A DNA stretch of 64,000 nucleotides from Mobula hypostoma (taxonomy: Eukaryota), in the NCBI RefSeq assembly GCF_963921235.1, contig NC_086097.1:243600001-243664000 (forward strand), written 5' to 3'. Positions within the stretch are counted from its first letter, which is position 1; every line of letters begins with the position of its first letter. Both the position numbers and the translations under genes were made by a program. Under the pieces are notes generated by a model, which searched no databases, was not told the DNA's origin, and was given only the letters and a program-made list of their open reading frames with translations. Positions 49,616 to 63,178 of the stretch are shown here, one piece after another.

Positions 49616-51080
49616 AAATCCACCGAAATTCATGGCAGAAAGGAACAATGCAGAAGGTCTGAATCTTGCTTGCTGACCTCAGCATATCCAAATAGCTATG
49701 TACATTCCATTGCAGAAAACTCCAGGATATAGATCTTAAATCATAACATTTACCTTGGAGAAGTCTTATCTTGTTAATCTCATGTTGTTAGCTCTGCATA
49801 GGCTTGCCTCTCCTCCTTCAGTCAGAGAAAAAAAAAAACAGCCACACAGCAGAATCTGCAAGAAAATAATACTTCGATCTCCCAAGAAAGAAACTTTGTG
49901 ACCTGCTTATTTTTTTTCTGACAGCCATCTGCCTCAATCCTTCAGTGTTCCGATGTGCAAAATGCTTGTTGTACAGTATATTTATTTATAATTTTCATCG
50001 TGAACAAATAAACAATCCAAAAAGTTCACTATTTAATTCATCAGGAACTGCTGCAAACCTGAACATTTTCAACACAGGAGATAATTAGGATGCTTGTTAA
50101 TCGCTTTGGCTTTCCCTTAATGAAAAGTAACTCTCAGATTAATTATTATCTTCTATAAATAAACACAGAACAAGGCAATTTGCATTTCAAACTCACAGAA
50201 CAACTGCTCTGTGGTGCAACACGACTTCCTGTGCACCTGTTCTATTTACATTACCTCAGCAAATGCAAGTTAAACCTGACATTTTCAATTTATGTTCATC
50301 CAGAGAAAATCTTGGTATGTCACGTGTCGTAAGCTAGCTGGAACACAACTGTGTTGCAAGGGAACAGCTCAATATCGATTTCCCTAACTTCCAGTCAGCA
50401 CTCCCCCCTGTTTCCCCCTCTCCCTCCCACTGTTTGCTCTAATCACTCTGGCCTTGTTACCAATAGGTTTCAAAGGTACATTTAATGTCAGAGAAATGTA
50501 TATGTACATCCTGAACTTCTTTTTCTTCGCAAGCATCCACAAAAACAGAGGAGTGCCCTAAAGAATGAATGACAGTTTAACGTTAGAACCCCAAAGCCCC
50601 CCCCCGACTCCCCCCTCCCACACACAAGCAGCAGTAAGGCAAAAACCCTCCCCCACCCCCACCAGCAAAAAGCATCGGCGCCCTCCACTGAGCACTCAAG
50701 CATGCAGCAAAGCATCAATAAAGATACAGAGTTGCAGCACCCCAAAGACTACACGTTCACCCGGTATTCAACATACCACAGGCTCTCTCTCTCTCCCTAA
50801 TAAGGGAAAAAGAGGTGCCCCCGTTTCACAGCGAGAGGGGAGACATAACAAACAACTCGCTGATTTATGTTAAAAGGCTGTTGCGTCGCTTTTTCCGAGC
50901 CCTGCGCCCAGAGAGTTGGCCCCAGAACGGCACAGAATCTGGATCCCTTCCCTTTTCCTCCTCCCACCCTCACAACCTCTGCCTAACATCCGCACATTCT
51001 CCCTCTCGCTCCCCAGCTCCTTCCCTTTCTTCCATGGTCCACTGCCCTCTCCTAACAGATTTCCATCTTCTTCACCCCTG

Positions 51081-51693
51081 TGTTGCCCTTAAAGCATTTA
51101 TTTGACTTCGTTGGGTCTACGTTTTAAATGATTTGTTTTTCTAGTTAAAGTTAAAGGTTGATAATTAAGTTCCAGTTTAACAAAGTTAAATTTTCATTGT
51201 CTATGGTATGTCGCGCCGTGTGATGAGGTCACCTCCGGTGTAACTTCCGGTTCGGGAAGGTGTGAAGGCGGGTGCCGTGCGTGTGGCATGATGGTGAAGA
51301 GCTCCGTTTCTACCCACAAATAAACATTACAGAAGCAACGCCGTAAGTTCATAAGAATGTATTTGAAGTAAAAATATTAACGCAGTGCCTGTTGAGGAAG
51401 CGGCGGTCGGGCCGGCGCGCTTTTCAATTTCAGACGCGGGGTGGGCTCGGGCCCGGGCCCGGGCCCGATGGCGGTTTGACGCGACCCCTCGCCCGCTACT
51501 CGGGGCGGCCGGAGACACTCGGTAAAAGAAGAGAGCGCCTGGTCTCCAGAATGAAACAGACGCCGTATACGTTTGTATTTTTTATCAACAGCTTTCACCA
51601 TACGACGTTAATGTGGAAGAGTGAACCTTACTACAACCCTGTCTTCATTGGCTCCGGTTTAACTTGTTTAAGTGTTTAGTCAGAGTTTCAACA
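51081..51693. mobile_element. Probable solo LTR (613 bp) with CpG-rich core
   Basis: TGTTG...CAACA termini; flanks CCCTG/CACTG (5-bp TSD with one mismatch). Confidence 0.5.
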
Positions 51694-52249
51694 CACTGCA
51701 CGAGAACTTACTTCTTGCGGTGGTGGACCAGTGGAAGGGAGAAAAGAATGCAGGGAACACAGGTTTGTCACTGGATTTACCTGTGTTGTTACTCGTTCCT
51801 TAATGAACCACCACATGCAACATTGCAGGCGCTGGCAGAGGTCGTAGAGTCATAGAAAAGTCATAGATGGGCCCTTCAGCCCATCTACTCCATGCCAAAC
51901 CATTTAAAATGCCTACACTGGGACCATAGCTCTCCATACCCCTACCATCCATGTACCTATCCAAACTTCTCAAACATTGAAATCAAGCTCGCATGCACCA
52001 CTTGTGCTGGCAGCTCATTCCACCCTCAAACCACCCTCTGAGTAAAGCAGGCCACTCAGGGAAGGTCACAACCGTAGGAAAAAGGCAAAGACCTGAACAT
52101 CTACAGATGTGGTCTGACCGAGTATTGCCAGAATTCTTCTTTCAAGGTGGCATCGATTTGCTGTGTCGGGTTTGTGGCTCAGTCTTAGCGTTTTTAGGTT
52201 TGTATGGATGTTTTAGAGGGACAAAGTGGAAAGGATGAATGTGGTTGTC

Positions 52250-55180
52250 ATCAGAATCAGAATTATTATCCCTGACATATGTCATGAAATTTGTTGTTTT
52301 GCAGTAGCAGTATAGTGCAGTACATAAAATATACAAAGTATATATTCAATAGGTAGTGCAAAAATAGTGAGCTAGTGTTCTGTACCTCGTTCTTGATGGT
52401 AACAGTGTGAGGAGGGCATGTTCTAAATTGTGGGCCTCTTTAATGATGGATGCCTGTTCTTAAGGCATTGCTGTTTGAAGATGCTGCCTGGCCTGCTGAG
52501 TTCCTCCAGCACTTTGTGTGTGCTGCCTTTTGAAGATGACCTCTCGGGTGGGGAGGCTCGTGCCCATGATAGATCTAGATGAGCTTACACTCTCCGCAGC
52601 TGTTTCCGCTCCTGTAACCCCCTCCATACCAGACGGTGATGCAATCAGTCAGAATGCTCCCCATGGTATATCTGTAGAAATTTGCTCCAAGTCCTTGGTA
52701 ACATACCCAATCTCCTCAAACACCTAATGAAGTACAGCTGCTGGTGTGCCTTTTTCATAATTACGTCAGTATGTTCAGTGCAGGATAGAACTTCAGAGAT
52801 GTTGGCACCCAGGAAATTGGAACTGCTCACTCTTTCTTCTGCAGACCTCCTGATGAAGACTGGTGTGTGTGCCCTCATCTTACCCTTCCTGAAGTTCACA
52901 ATCAAATTCCTGGTCTTACTGATGTTGAATGCAAGGTGGTTGTTGCTGTGACACCACTCAACCAGCTGATCGATCTCACTCCTCTTCACTATTTTAATTT
53001 CTGCCAACAACAGTTGTGTCATAACCAGATTTATAGATGGCATTTGAACTGTGCCTAGCAAAAACCCTTACGAGGTGTACGGAGGGGAGAGCGGAGGGCA
53101 AAGTATGCATTCTTGAAGTGTGCTGGTGTTGATTGTCAGCTTGGAAGAAGTATTATTTCCGATTCATGCTGACTGGTCTCCTGATGAAGAAGTCAATGAT
53201 CCAGTTGCATAGGAGGCTGGAGAGGCCCAGGTTTTGAAGTTTATTGATTCGTGCTGAGGGAGTAATGGTGTTAAACGCTGAGCTGTAATTGATAAACAGC
53301 AGCCTGACGTAGGTTTTGCCAGGTGATTCAAGAGTGAGTTGAGAGCCAGTGAGATTACATTAGATATAGACCTATTGTGGTTTTAGGAAAATTGCAGTGA
53401 GTCCCAGACCTTGCTTAGGCAGGAGTTAAATCTAGCCATAACTAACCTCTCAATGTACTTCATCACAGTAGATGTGAGTACCACAGAGTGACAGTCATTG
53501 AGGCAGCTCACCCTGCTCTTCTTGAGCACTGCCGCCCTTCTGAAGTAGGTCGGGACCTCTGATTACAGCAGTGAGCAATTGACGTTGTCCTTGAACACTC
53601 TTGCAAAGTTTCTTCAGTGTCCTACCAGGTTGACCGTCAGCATCTTGATGCCTTGTGAGGGATCCCCCCTTGAAAGTTGTTCTGACATCAGCCTCCGAGA
53701 CAGAGATCACAGGGGCACCAGACGCTACAGGGACTTGCATAGATGTAGTTTTACTCTCCCTTTCAAAGAGTGCATAACAGGCATTCAACTCATCTGGGAG
53801 TGAAGCATCACAGCTGTTTAGTGTTAGGTTATGCCTTGTAGGAAGTAGAATATAGAACAGTACAGCACAGTACAGGCCCTTTGGCCCACAATGTTGTGCT
53901 GACCCTTAAACCCTGCCTCCCATAACCCCCCCACCTTAAATTCCTCCATCTGCCTTGTCTAGTTGTCTCTTAAATTTCACTCGTGTATCTGCCCCCACCA
54001 CTGACTCAGGCAGTGCATTCTATGCACCAACCACTCTCTGAGTAAAAAATCTTCCTCTAATATCCCCCTTGAACTTCCCAACCCTTAACTGTTTATGGTT
54101 CTATTACTATTTATTATTTATGGAGCAACTGTAACGAAAACCAATTTTCCCTGGGATGAATAAAGTATGACTATGACTATGACTATTACCTTAAAGCCAT
54201 GTCCTCTTGTATTGAGCAGTGGTGCCCTGGGGAAGAGGCGCTGGCTGTCGACTCTATCTATTCCTCTTAATATCTTGTATATATAGATAGCATGCCTAAG
54301 ACCTTTAAACAGTACTGTAGTAATTTTATGTATTGCACTGCACTGCTGACACAAAATAAAGAACAGGTTTCATGACATACATGAGTGATGATAAACCTGA
54401 TTCTGATATGGGTCTCTATTGTGGACTGAGAGTGGGAGGGGGGCAGGGAGAGGGGAATCATGGTTGGGAAAAGGGGAGAGGAGGAGGGAGGGAGCGGGAA
54501 GCACCAGACAGACATTTCGTAATGATCAAAAAACCAATTGTTTGGAAATCAAATGACCTTGCCCGGTGTCTCAGGGCTGGGTGTGTCTGTAATGGCCTGC
54601 AGACCTTGCCAGAGCTGACTTGCATCCGACTCCGTCTCTAACCTCAATTAGAATTCCCTTTCGCTCTTGAGATAGCCTTTTGTATGTCGTGCCTGGATTT
54701 CCTGTAGAATTCTGGATCACCAGACTTGAATGCCACTGATCTAGCCCGCAGAAGACTATGAGTCTCACGGTTTATTGGCGACTTCTGGTTTGAGTTTGTC
54801 TCGGATGTTCTCGAAGGCACTCACTCTTCCACCCAAGTCTTGAAGTTGATGACATCTGTGGCATATTCATTCAGTCCGAAGAGGAATCCCTAAATCAGCC
54901 ATAATTGTCCAGTCCACTGGCTCAAAGGAGTCCTGTTACGCTCCTCCGCCTCCCTTGACCATACTTTCATGGTCCTCACCACTGCTGCTGTGGACCTCAG
55001 TGTCTGACTGCAGGTTAGGAGTGATCGAACTTGTCAAGATGTGGGCTTGGGATAGCACAGTAAATGTTTTTGATGGTAGTGTAAGAGTGATGAAGTGTAT
55101 TGGCTCCTCTGGTCCCACAGGTGACATGTTGGTGGTAGTTGATCAGAGACTTCCTCGAGCTGGCCTGGATAAAGACCCCT
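52250..55180 (-). mobile_element. Rex1/Babar-like LINE, decayed, with nested CR1 tail (~53846-54283) and other 3' fragments
   Basis: LVEWCHSNNHLAFNISKTRNLIVNFRK...KKAHQQLYFIRCLRRLG; NACYALFERES. Confidence 0.75.
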
Positions 55181-56259
55181 GAAGCACTTTGGTTTCCTCC
55201 CGCATTCCAAAGGTTAGTAAGTTGGTTGGTTACATGAGTGTAATTGGGCATTGTGGATATGGACTATGTGCAGGTGTGCTGGTGTAGCAATAAGCCAACA
55301 AACTCAGTTCAGTTCCGCCGCTATCTGGAAAGAAAGTGTACCATGTACCGGTGCCTTTCCTCCAGCTATTCCGGTTTCCTCCCACATTCCGAAGGGTTGG
55401 TGACGTGTGCGTGCTAGACAGTGCCAGAAGTGTGCAGGTACTTGTGGGCTGCTCAGGGAACATCCTTGACACAAACGGCGCATCCTACTGTACGTTTCAC
55501 TACACACGTGACTAACAATCTTTAACGGCCATGGGGAAAAGGCCAGAGAATGGAATTGAGAGGGAAAATAAATCAGCCATGATTGAATAACAGAGAGCAC
55601 TTGATTGTCCAAACGAACGGCCTACGGCCTAATTCTGCTCCTATCTTTTACGGTCTTATAGCATCTAACCAAATATTTGGTCATGCCGCCTGGGACTATT
55701 TTTGATTCCATGCATTTTATTTAAATTTGAAATGCCGTTATTAAATTTTATTTAATGCCTTGAAGTATTTCCTCATGTTAAATGTACTGTATCGATGCGT
55801 GCTATGGATTGCAGCAAATCTCTTCATTCACAAAATCTTTGCAGCAGTCATGGCAGTCGTGCAGAACTCTGTTCCTTGCAGCCTCCTCTGTCAACTGCCA
55901 ACCACGGAGACGTTTCTCAGCCCCGCTGGTTCTGAACTAGAGAGGTTGGTGCCTGCCATCTGTCTGCACACATTTGGCGGCAGTCAGTTCGTAGTCTGTC
56001 AAAGAACATAATCAGAGTAGTGTTAGATTTCATCCTTGCTGCCTCGGTTTGAAATTTAGATTTCTTCAGCTCGTTTGGAGCTGCATCTCATTATCACCAG
56101 CAGGTGTGAGGTTCAGAGAGAGAGAGAGAAAGAATCACATATGTTAATCTAGAGAATTTTGATAACTCCATAATATTTCTTCATTATTAATCTTCAAGTC
56201 TGAACCAACCACATTTTAATCTGTAAGATTTTCTAATGAACTATAAAGGTAAAGATTAG

Positions 56260-56542
56260 AACGCAAACAACAGGAATTCTGCAGATGCTGGAAATTCAAG
56301 CAACACACATCAAAGTTGCTGGTGAACGCAGCAGGCCAGGCAGCATCTCTAGGAAGAGGTACAGTCGACGTTTCAGGCCGAGACCCTTCGTCAGGACTAA
56401 CTGAAGGAAGAGTTAGTAATCTCTTACTAGCTCTTCCTTCAGTTCTGACGAAGGGTCTCGGCCTGAAACGTCGACTGTATCTCTTCCTGGAGATGCTGCC
56501 TGGCCTGCTGCGTTCACCAGCAACTTTGATGTGTGTTGCTTG
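56260..56542. mobile_element. Fold-back PLE-terminus element with intact HHR cores on both strands
   Basis: ~120-bp inverted arms; 14-bp TSD AAGGTAAAGATTAG at 56246-56259 and 56543-56556; HHR minus 56362-56399, HHR plus 56440-56477. Confidence 0.9.
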
Positions 56543-56697
56543 AAGGTAAAGATTAGCTTTATTTGTCTCATATACATCAAAACATAACAGCAAAATGCAT
56601 TGTTTGAATATAGAACATAGAACATTAAAGTACCATTAAGGCCCTTCAGCCCACAATGTTGTGCCTACCTTTAATTTTGCTGTACGATCCATCTAAC

Positions 56698-59600
56698 AAG
56701 GCACAACTGTGCAGGCACATGGACGTCAATGAGTTAGACCAGCGGGATGAATTTGAAAAGAAAACTGCTTTATAGAGCGGGCAACCATATAGAGGGAGTC
56801 AAAGTAGGAGGGCTTCAGCGATAACGGGTCGAGGCGAGGTAAGTTACTTGTGAAGAATAGGAATAGGTAGTATGCCTGTGAGGCCGGTGTTCTGTACTGG
56901 GTGTCAGATGTGGGATGTCTGGGAGATCCCCAGGTGCGTCGAGCTGCAGCTCCTTTGGGACTGGGTTAGGGAACTGGAGATGCAGCTCAATGACCTTCGT
57001 CTGCTCAGGGAAAGTGAGGAGGTAATAGATAGGAGTTATAGGCAGGTAGTCACACCGGGGCCTCGGGAGACAGATAAGTGGGTAACAGTCAGAAGAGGGA
57101 AGGGCAAGAGTCAGATACTAGAGAGTACCCCAGTGGCTGTCCCCCTTAACAGTAAGTACTCCCGTTTGGGGCGGAAGCAACAGTGGCCGCGCCTCTGGCA
57201 CAGAGTCTGGCCCTGTGGCTCAGAAGGGTAGAGAAAGGAAGAGGATGGCAGCAGTGATAGAAGACTCTATAGTTAGGGGGTCAGACAGGCAATCCTGTGG
57301 ACGCAGGAAAGAAACATGGATGGCACTTTGCCTGCCATGTGGCAGGGTCCAGGATGTTTCTGATCGCGTCCATGTTCTCCTGAAGTGGGAAGGAGAACAG
57401 CCAGAGGTCGGGGTACATTTTGGTACCAACGACATAGGTAGAAAAAGGAAGGAGGTCCTGAAACAGGCTACATGGAATTAGGAAAGAAGCTGAGAAGCAG
57501 GACCACAAGGATAGCAATCTCATGACAGCAAGTATAGGAATAGAATGAGGTGGAGGATAAATGTGTGGTTGAGGGATTGGAACAGGGGGCAGGGAATCAG
57601 AATTCTGGATCACTGGGACATCTTTTGGGGCAGGAGTGACCTGTACAATAAGGATGGGTTGGACTTGAATCTGGGGGTGACCAATATGCTGGCAGGGAGG
57701 TTTGCTAAGGCTACTGGGGAGGGTTTAAACTAGAATTGCTGGAGGTTGGGAACCGAACTGGAGAGACCAGAAAGGAGCAGTCGGCTCACAAGTAGAGAAA
57801 GCTTGTAGACAGTGTGGAAGGGAGGATAGGCAGGTGATAGAGAAGGGATGCGCTTAGACTGATGGGTTGAGATGTGTCTATTTTAATGCAAGGATTATTA
57901 TGAACGAAATGGATGAGCTTAGAACATGGAGTACTTGTGGCCATTACAGAGACTTGGATGGCTCAGGGGCAGGAATGGATTAGATGCTTCAGGAAGGACA
58001 GGGAAGGAAGCAAAAGAGGTGGGGGCGGAGCACTGCTGATCAGAGATAGTGTCACGGCTGCAGAAAGGGAGGAAGTCATGAAGAGATTGTCTACGGAGTC
58101 TCTGTGGGTGGAAGTTAGAAACAGGAAGGGGTCAATAACTCTACTGGGTGTTTTTTATAAACTACCCAATAGTAACAGGGATATTGAGGAGCAAATAGGA
58201 AGACAGATTCTGTAAAGGTGTAATAATAACGGTTGTCGTGATGGGAGATTTTAATTTCCCCAATATTGATTGGCATCTCCCTAGAGCAAAGGGCTTAGAT
58301 GGGGTGGAGTTTGTTAGGTGTGTTCAGGAAGGTTTCTTGACACAATATGTAGATAAGCTTACAAGAGGAGAAGCTGTACTTGATCTGGAATTGGGAAATG
58401 AACCTGGTCAGGTGTCAGGTCTCTCAGTGGGAGAGCATTTTGGAGAAAGTGATCACAATTCTATCTCACTTACCATAACATTGGAGGGGGATAGGAACAG
58501 ACAAGTTAGGAAAGCGCTTAATTGGAGTAAGGGGAAATATGAAGCTGTCAGGCGGGAACATGAAAGCATAAATTGGGAGCAGATGTTCTCAGGGAAATGT
58601 ACAGCAGAAATGTGACAAGTGTTCAGGGGATATTTGCGTGGCGTTCTGCATAGGTACATTCCAATGAGATAGGGAAAGGATGGTAAGGTACAGGAACCAT
58701 GGTGTACAAAGGCTGTTGAAAATCTTGTCAAGAAGAAAAGAAAAACTTACGAAAGGTTCAAAAAAACTAGGTAATGATAGAGATCTAGAAAATTATAAGG
58801 CGAGCAGGAAGGAGCTTAAGAATGAAATTAGGAGAGCCAGGAGGGACAGAAGGGACCATGAGAAGGCCTTGGTGGACAGGATTAAGGAAAACCCCAAGGT
58901 ATTCTACAAGTATTAAAGAGCAAGAGGATAAGACATGAGAAAATAGGACCAATCATATGTGACAGTGGAAGAGTGTGTGTGGAACCGGAGGAGGTAGTGG
59001 AGGTACTTAATGAATACTTTGCTTCAGTATTCAATACGGAAATGGACCTTGGTGATTGTAGGGATGACTTGCAGTAGACTGAAAAGCTTGAGCATATAGA
59101 CATTAAGAAAGAGGAGGTGCTGGAGCTTTTGGAAAGCCTCAAGTTGAATCAGTCACTAGGACTGGACGAGATGTACCCCAGGCTACTGTGGGAGGCGAGG
59201 GAGGAGATTGCTGAGCTTCTGGCAATGAATTTTGCATCATCAATGGGGACGGGAGAGGTTCTGGAGAATTGGAGGATTGGAGATGTTGTTCCCTTATTCA
59301 CGGAAGGGAGTAGAGATAGCCCAGGAAATTATAGACCAGTGAGTCTTACTATAATGGTTGGTAAGTTGATGGAGAAGATCCTGAGAAGCAGAATTTATGA
59401 ACGTTTGGAGATGATTAGGAATAGTCATTATGGCTTTGTCAAAGGCAGGTCGTGCCTTACGAGCCTGACTGAATTTTTTGAGGATGTGACTAAACACATT
59501 AATGAAGGTTGAGCCGTAGATGTAGTGTATATGGATTTCAGAAAGGCATTTGATAAGGTACCCCATGCAAGGACTATTGAGAAAGTAAGGAGGCATGGGA

Positions 59601-60679
59601 TCCAAGGGGACATTGCTTTGTGGATCAAGATTTGACTTGCTCACAGAAGGCAAAGAGTGGTTGTAGTTGGGTCATATTCTGCATGGAGGTCAGTGGCCAG
59701 TGGTGTGCCTCAGGAATCTGTTCTGGGACCCCTGCTCTGTGATTTTTTTATAAATGACCTGGATGAGGAAGTGGAGGGATGGGTTAGTAAATTGGCTGAT
59801 GACACAAAGTTTGGGGGTGTTGTGGATAGTGTGGAGGGCTGTCAGAGGTTACAGCGAGACATCAATAGGATGCAAAACTGGGATGAGAAGTAGCAGATGG
59901 AGTTCAACCCAGATAAGTGTGAGATGGTTCATTTTGGTAGGTCAAATATGATGGCAGAATATAGTATTAATGGTAAGACACTTGGCAGTGTGGAGGATCA
60001 GTGAGATCTTGGGGTCCGAGTCCATAGGACACTCAAAGCTGTTGCGTGATTTGACTCTGTAGTTAAGAAGGCATATGGTGTATTGGCCTTCATCGGCCAT
60101 GGGATTGAGTTCAAGAGCCGAGAGGTAATGTTACAGCTATATAGGACTCTGGTTAGACCCCACTTTGAGTACTGTGCTCAGTTCTAGTCACCTTACTGCA
60201 GGAAGGATGTGGAAATCATAGAAAGGGTGCAGAGGAAATTAACATGGATGTTGCCTGGATTAGGGAGCATGCCTTATGAGAATAGGTTGAATGAACTTGG
60301 CCTTTCCTTCTTGGAGTGACGGAGGATGAGAGGTGACCTCATAGAGGTGTATAAGATGATGAGAGGCATTGATCATGTGGATAGTCAGAGGCTTTTTCCC
60401 AGGGCTGAAATGGCTGACATGAGAGGGCACAGTTTTAAGGTGCTTGGAAGCAGGTACAAAGGAGATGTCAGGAGTAGGTTTTTTACACAGAGTGATGAGT
60501 GCGTGGAAAGGGCTGCTGGCGACGGTGGCGGAGTCATACAATGGGGTCTTTTAAGAGACTCTTGGATAGGTACATGGAGCTTTGAAAAATAGAGGGCTAT
60601 GAGTAACCCTAAGTAATTTCATGTTTGGCACAGCATTGTGGGCCAAAGGGCTTGTATTGTAGTATAGGTTTTCTATGTT
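56698..60679 (+). mobile_element. Essentially full-length but decayed CR1 LINE nested in the tail of a minus-strand CR1 (~56605-60920)
   Basis: ORF1 MPVRPVFCTGCQMW at 56872, esterase motifs, APE (ITETW, MGDFNFPNIDW), RT (NYRPVSLT, LADDTK); candidate TSD TCTAAC at 56692-56697 and 60680-60685. Confidence 0.9.
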
Positions 60680-62418
60680 TCTAACTATCCTTTTCTGCAT
60701 AGCCCACCAACTTTCTATCATCCGTGTGCCTATCTAAGAGTTTCTTAGATTCCCCTAATGTATCTGTCTCTACCACCACTCCAGCAGAATGCTCCACATA
60801 CCCACCACCCTCTGTGTAAAAAAAAAACCTACCTCTATCATTCCCCCTATACTTTCTTCCAATATCCTTAAAATGATGCCCCCGTTATTAGCCATTTCCA
60901 CCCTGGGAAAAAGTCTCTGTTGATGATAACGAGGTGCTGCTCCAGATGAGTCGAAAAAAATCTGAGGCAGTGAAGATGTGATGAATCTAATCAGTGAGGA
61001 TTGAGCTGGGCAGCCTGCGAGTGTCGCCGCGCTTCCAGTGTCAACATAACATCTAGGTAACTTAAAAAATGTATTAAATGCTGTAAGAAGATTAGTTTTA
61101 TTTAATTAAGCAGTTGTGTAATATTTTCAGGTTTATTTATTGTATGTTTGTGCATTTGTGTCATCTTGGTGCAGGAGAGCCAATGAAAATGGGGTTGTAA
61201 TAAGCCCACAAGATAGAGGCTGGAAATGCGAGTTAATTGTGGACATAGAAGTCTGCGCACAGTGTGGTTATATTTCTTGAAGAGATTACAAGCTGATTGC
61301 AGCCTGGAAGAACGCAGGCAGATGGCAGCCTTCACGACTCTCACTCAGAATCAGTTGGAATGAAGGGAATGGCATGAAAATCATACCGGCAGAGCACAGT
61401 GGCTTACTGAATCATGGCAGAAGGGAGCTGTGGGAGGAGGGTGGTGGTAGGGAGTAAAAAAATCAAACATCTATCACGTGGGCTTCAACCTTGCCCCCAC
61501 CACCCAAAAATGGTGCAAGAATTGAACAACAGGCCAAAACACCAAAAGATATAGGAGCAGAATTAGGCCACCTGGCTCGTGGAGATTGCTCCACCGTTTC
61601 ATCAAGGCTGATCCATTTCCCTCTCAGCCCCAATCTCTTGCCGTCTCCCTTCATGCCCCGACTAATCAAGAATCTATCAACCTCTCCCTTAAGTAGACCC
61701 AATACCTGGCCTCCACAGCTGCTTGTGGCAAAAAGAGGTTCAAAGATTCATTTATTATAAAAGTATACAACTTTGAAATTCTTCTTATCCAGATAGCCAT
61801 GAAACCAAGAAAGAAAAGAACGGCAGCACAGTCATCAAATCCCGTCTCCCCACACAAAAAAAAGAACAAATGCAGAATAGGCACGTCAACCCCCAAAATA
61901 CCCACACTTGCACATTAAAAAAAACAAGATCAGATGAAAAATACAGAATATATAAAAACAACTGTAAGACTGAAAAATAAGTTTACAATCCAAGTCCAAA
62001 ATGTAGAAAACCTGGGTAACATTCCTCTAGGCCAAACAGTAGGCCTTTCCCTCGCTGGCAAAGAGCAATCGCACTGGTGATAAAAAAGGTAGTCTCTTCT
62101 CTCCACATCAGAGTCATCTCACCTGCGATAGCAGAGCGATCCCACCAGCAATCAAAATGCAGGCAGCCGGCACTCACCTTCCGCATTCACCTTGATGTTT
62201 CAATCTCCCTCTTCTTTTTAATCGGCAAACAATGGAAGCTTTAATCAGCAGAACGGAGTCGAACTTTGGCTCATGCCCCATCCCGCATCCTGCTCGCCAC
62301 CAGGTTCATACATGCTGCCTCTGCCTCCTAGAATCCTCTCAGAGATTGCAGAGCATTGAAACACCCAAACAATCTCCAAACTGCAAAACAGGGCCTCCAA
62401 CAGTTCCAGAATCTCATT

Positions 62419-62999
62419 TGAAACCCTGGTTCCCCTGGGCTGCATATATCTAGGGAATACATGCTCCAGTCCCACCATACCCATGAGATTGAGACATCCC
62501 AAATCCCAAGTTGTGTGAATGCTGTGTAATTTGCTACCCTCTTATAATTCAGTTCCAAGAAATACCAGACAGCTCACTGCATATGATTAAAGGAATTATA
62601 TTTATGAACATTAACTTAGCTAAAGGGTTAGCAAAGAAAAGAAAGAGAAAAACATAAAAGGGCCCATTTTAGTTAAACAATCAAATGTGCACAAGTTGGA
62701 GTGAACTCTTCCAATTGTCATATATATTCACCAATCCTAAGTAGAGCTCTGCTTGTTCTGCTTGTTCCTTCGAATCACGGTTCCCCAGCAAGTCAAATCT
62801 TATGATCAGTTCTCTCTCTCTTCATCTCTGGCTGAGCAAATCCCACAGCTCCCACCGGTGTCAGGCACACAAAGAAAACCCACTTCCCTGATTGAACAGC
62901 TCACATTCCAAAGCACTCATTATCTCTAACCTTAACCCAAGCACAGCTTCTACAGAAAGACCATTACATTAGCAGTGAAACCTTTATCAGGGTGTTACA
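62419..62999. mobile_element. Solo LTR (581 bp), Gypsy-like
   Basis: TGAAACCCTG...CAGGGTGTTACA imperfect inverted termini; 4-bp TSD CATT at 62415-62418 and 63000-63003. Confidence 0.7.
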
Positions 63000-63178
63000 C
63001 ATTCAATATGAAAAACGTATGTAAAGTGAAACGTATATTTTCATGATCTATCCGGAAGATGGCAACGGAAGGACCATTGTACCCAGACGCCCTTTTGACT
63101 GGAGGACGGACTGGAAAGAGAGAGGATAAGTTCAAATGAATGTGAACTTGTATTGGAATTGGTTTATTACTGTCACAT

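Noticed and set aside
59510..59512. Stop at the same codon as the shared TAG in two other CR1 copies
   Set aside because: Different codon (TGA) in a different, heavily decayed subfamily with many stops; probably coincidence
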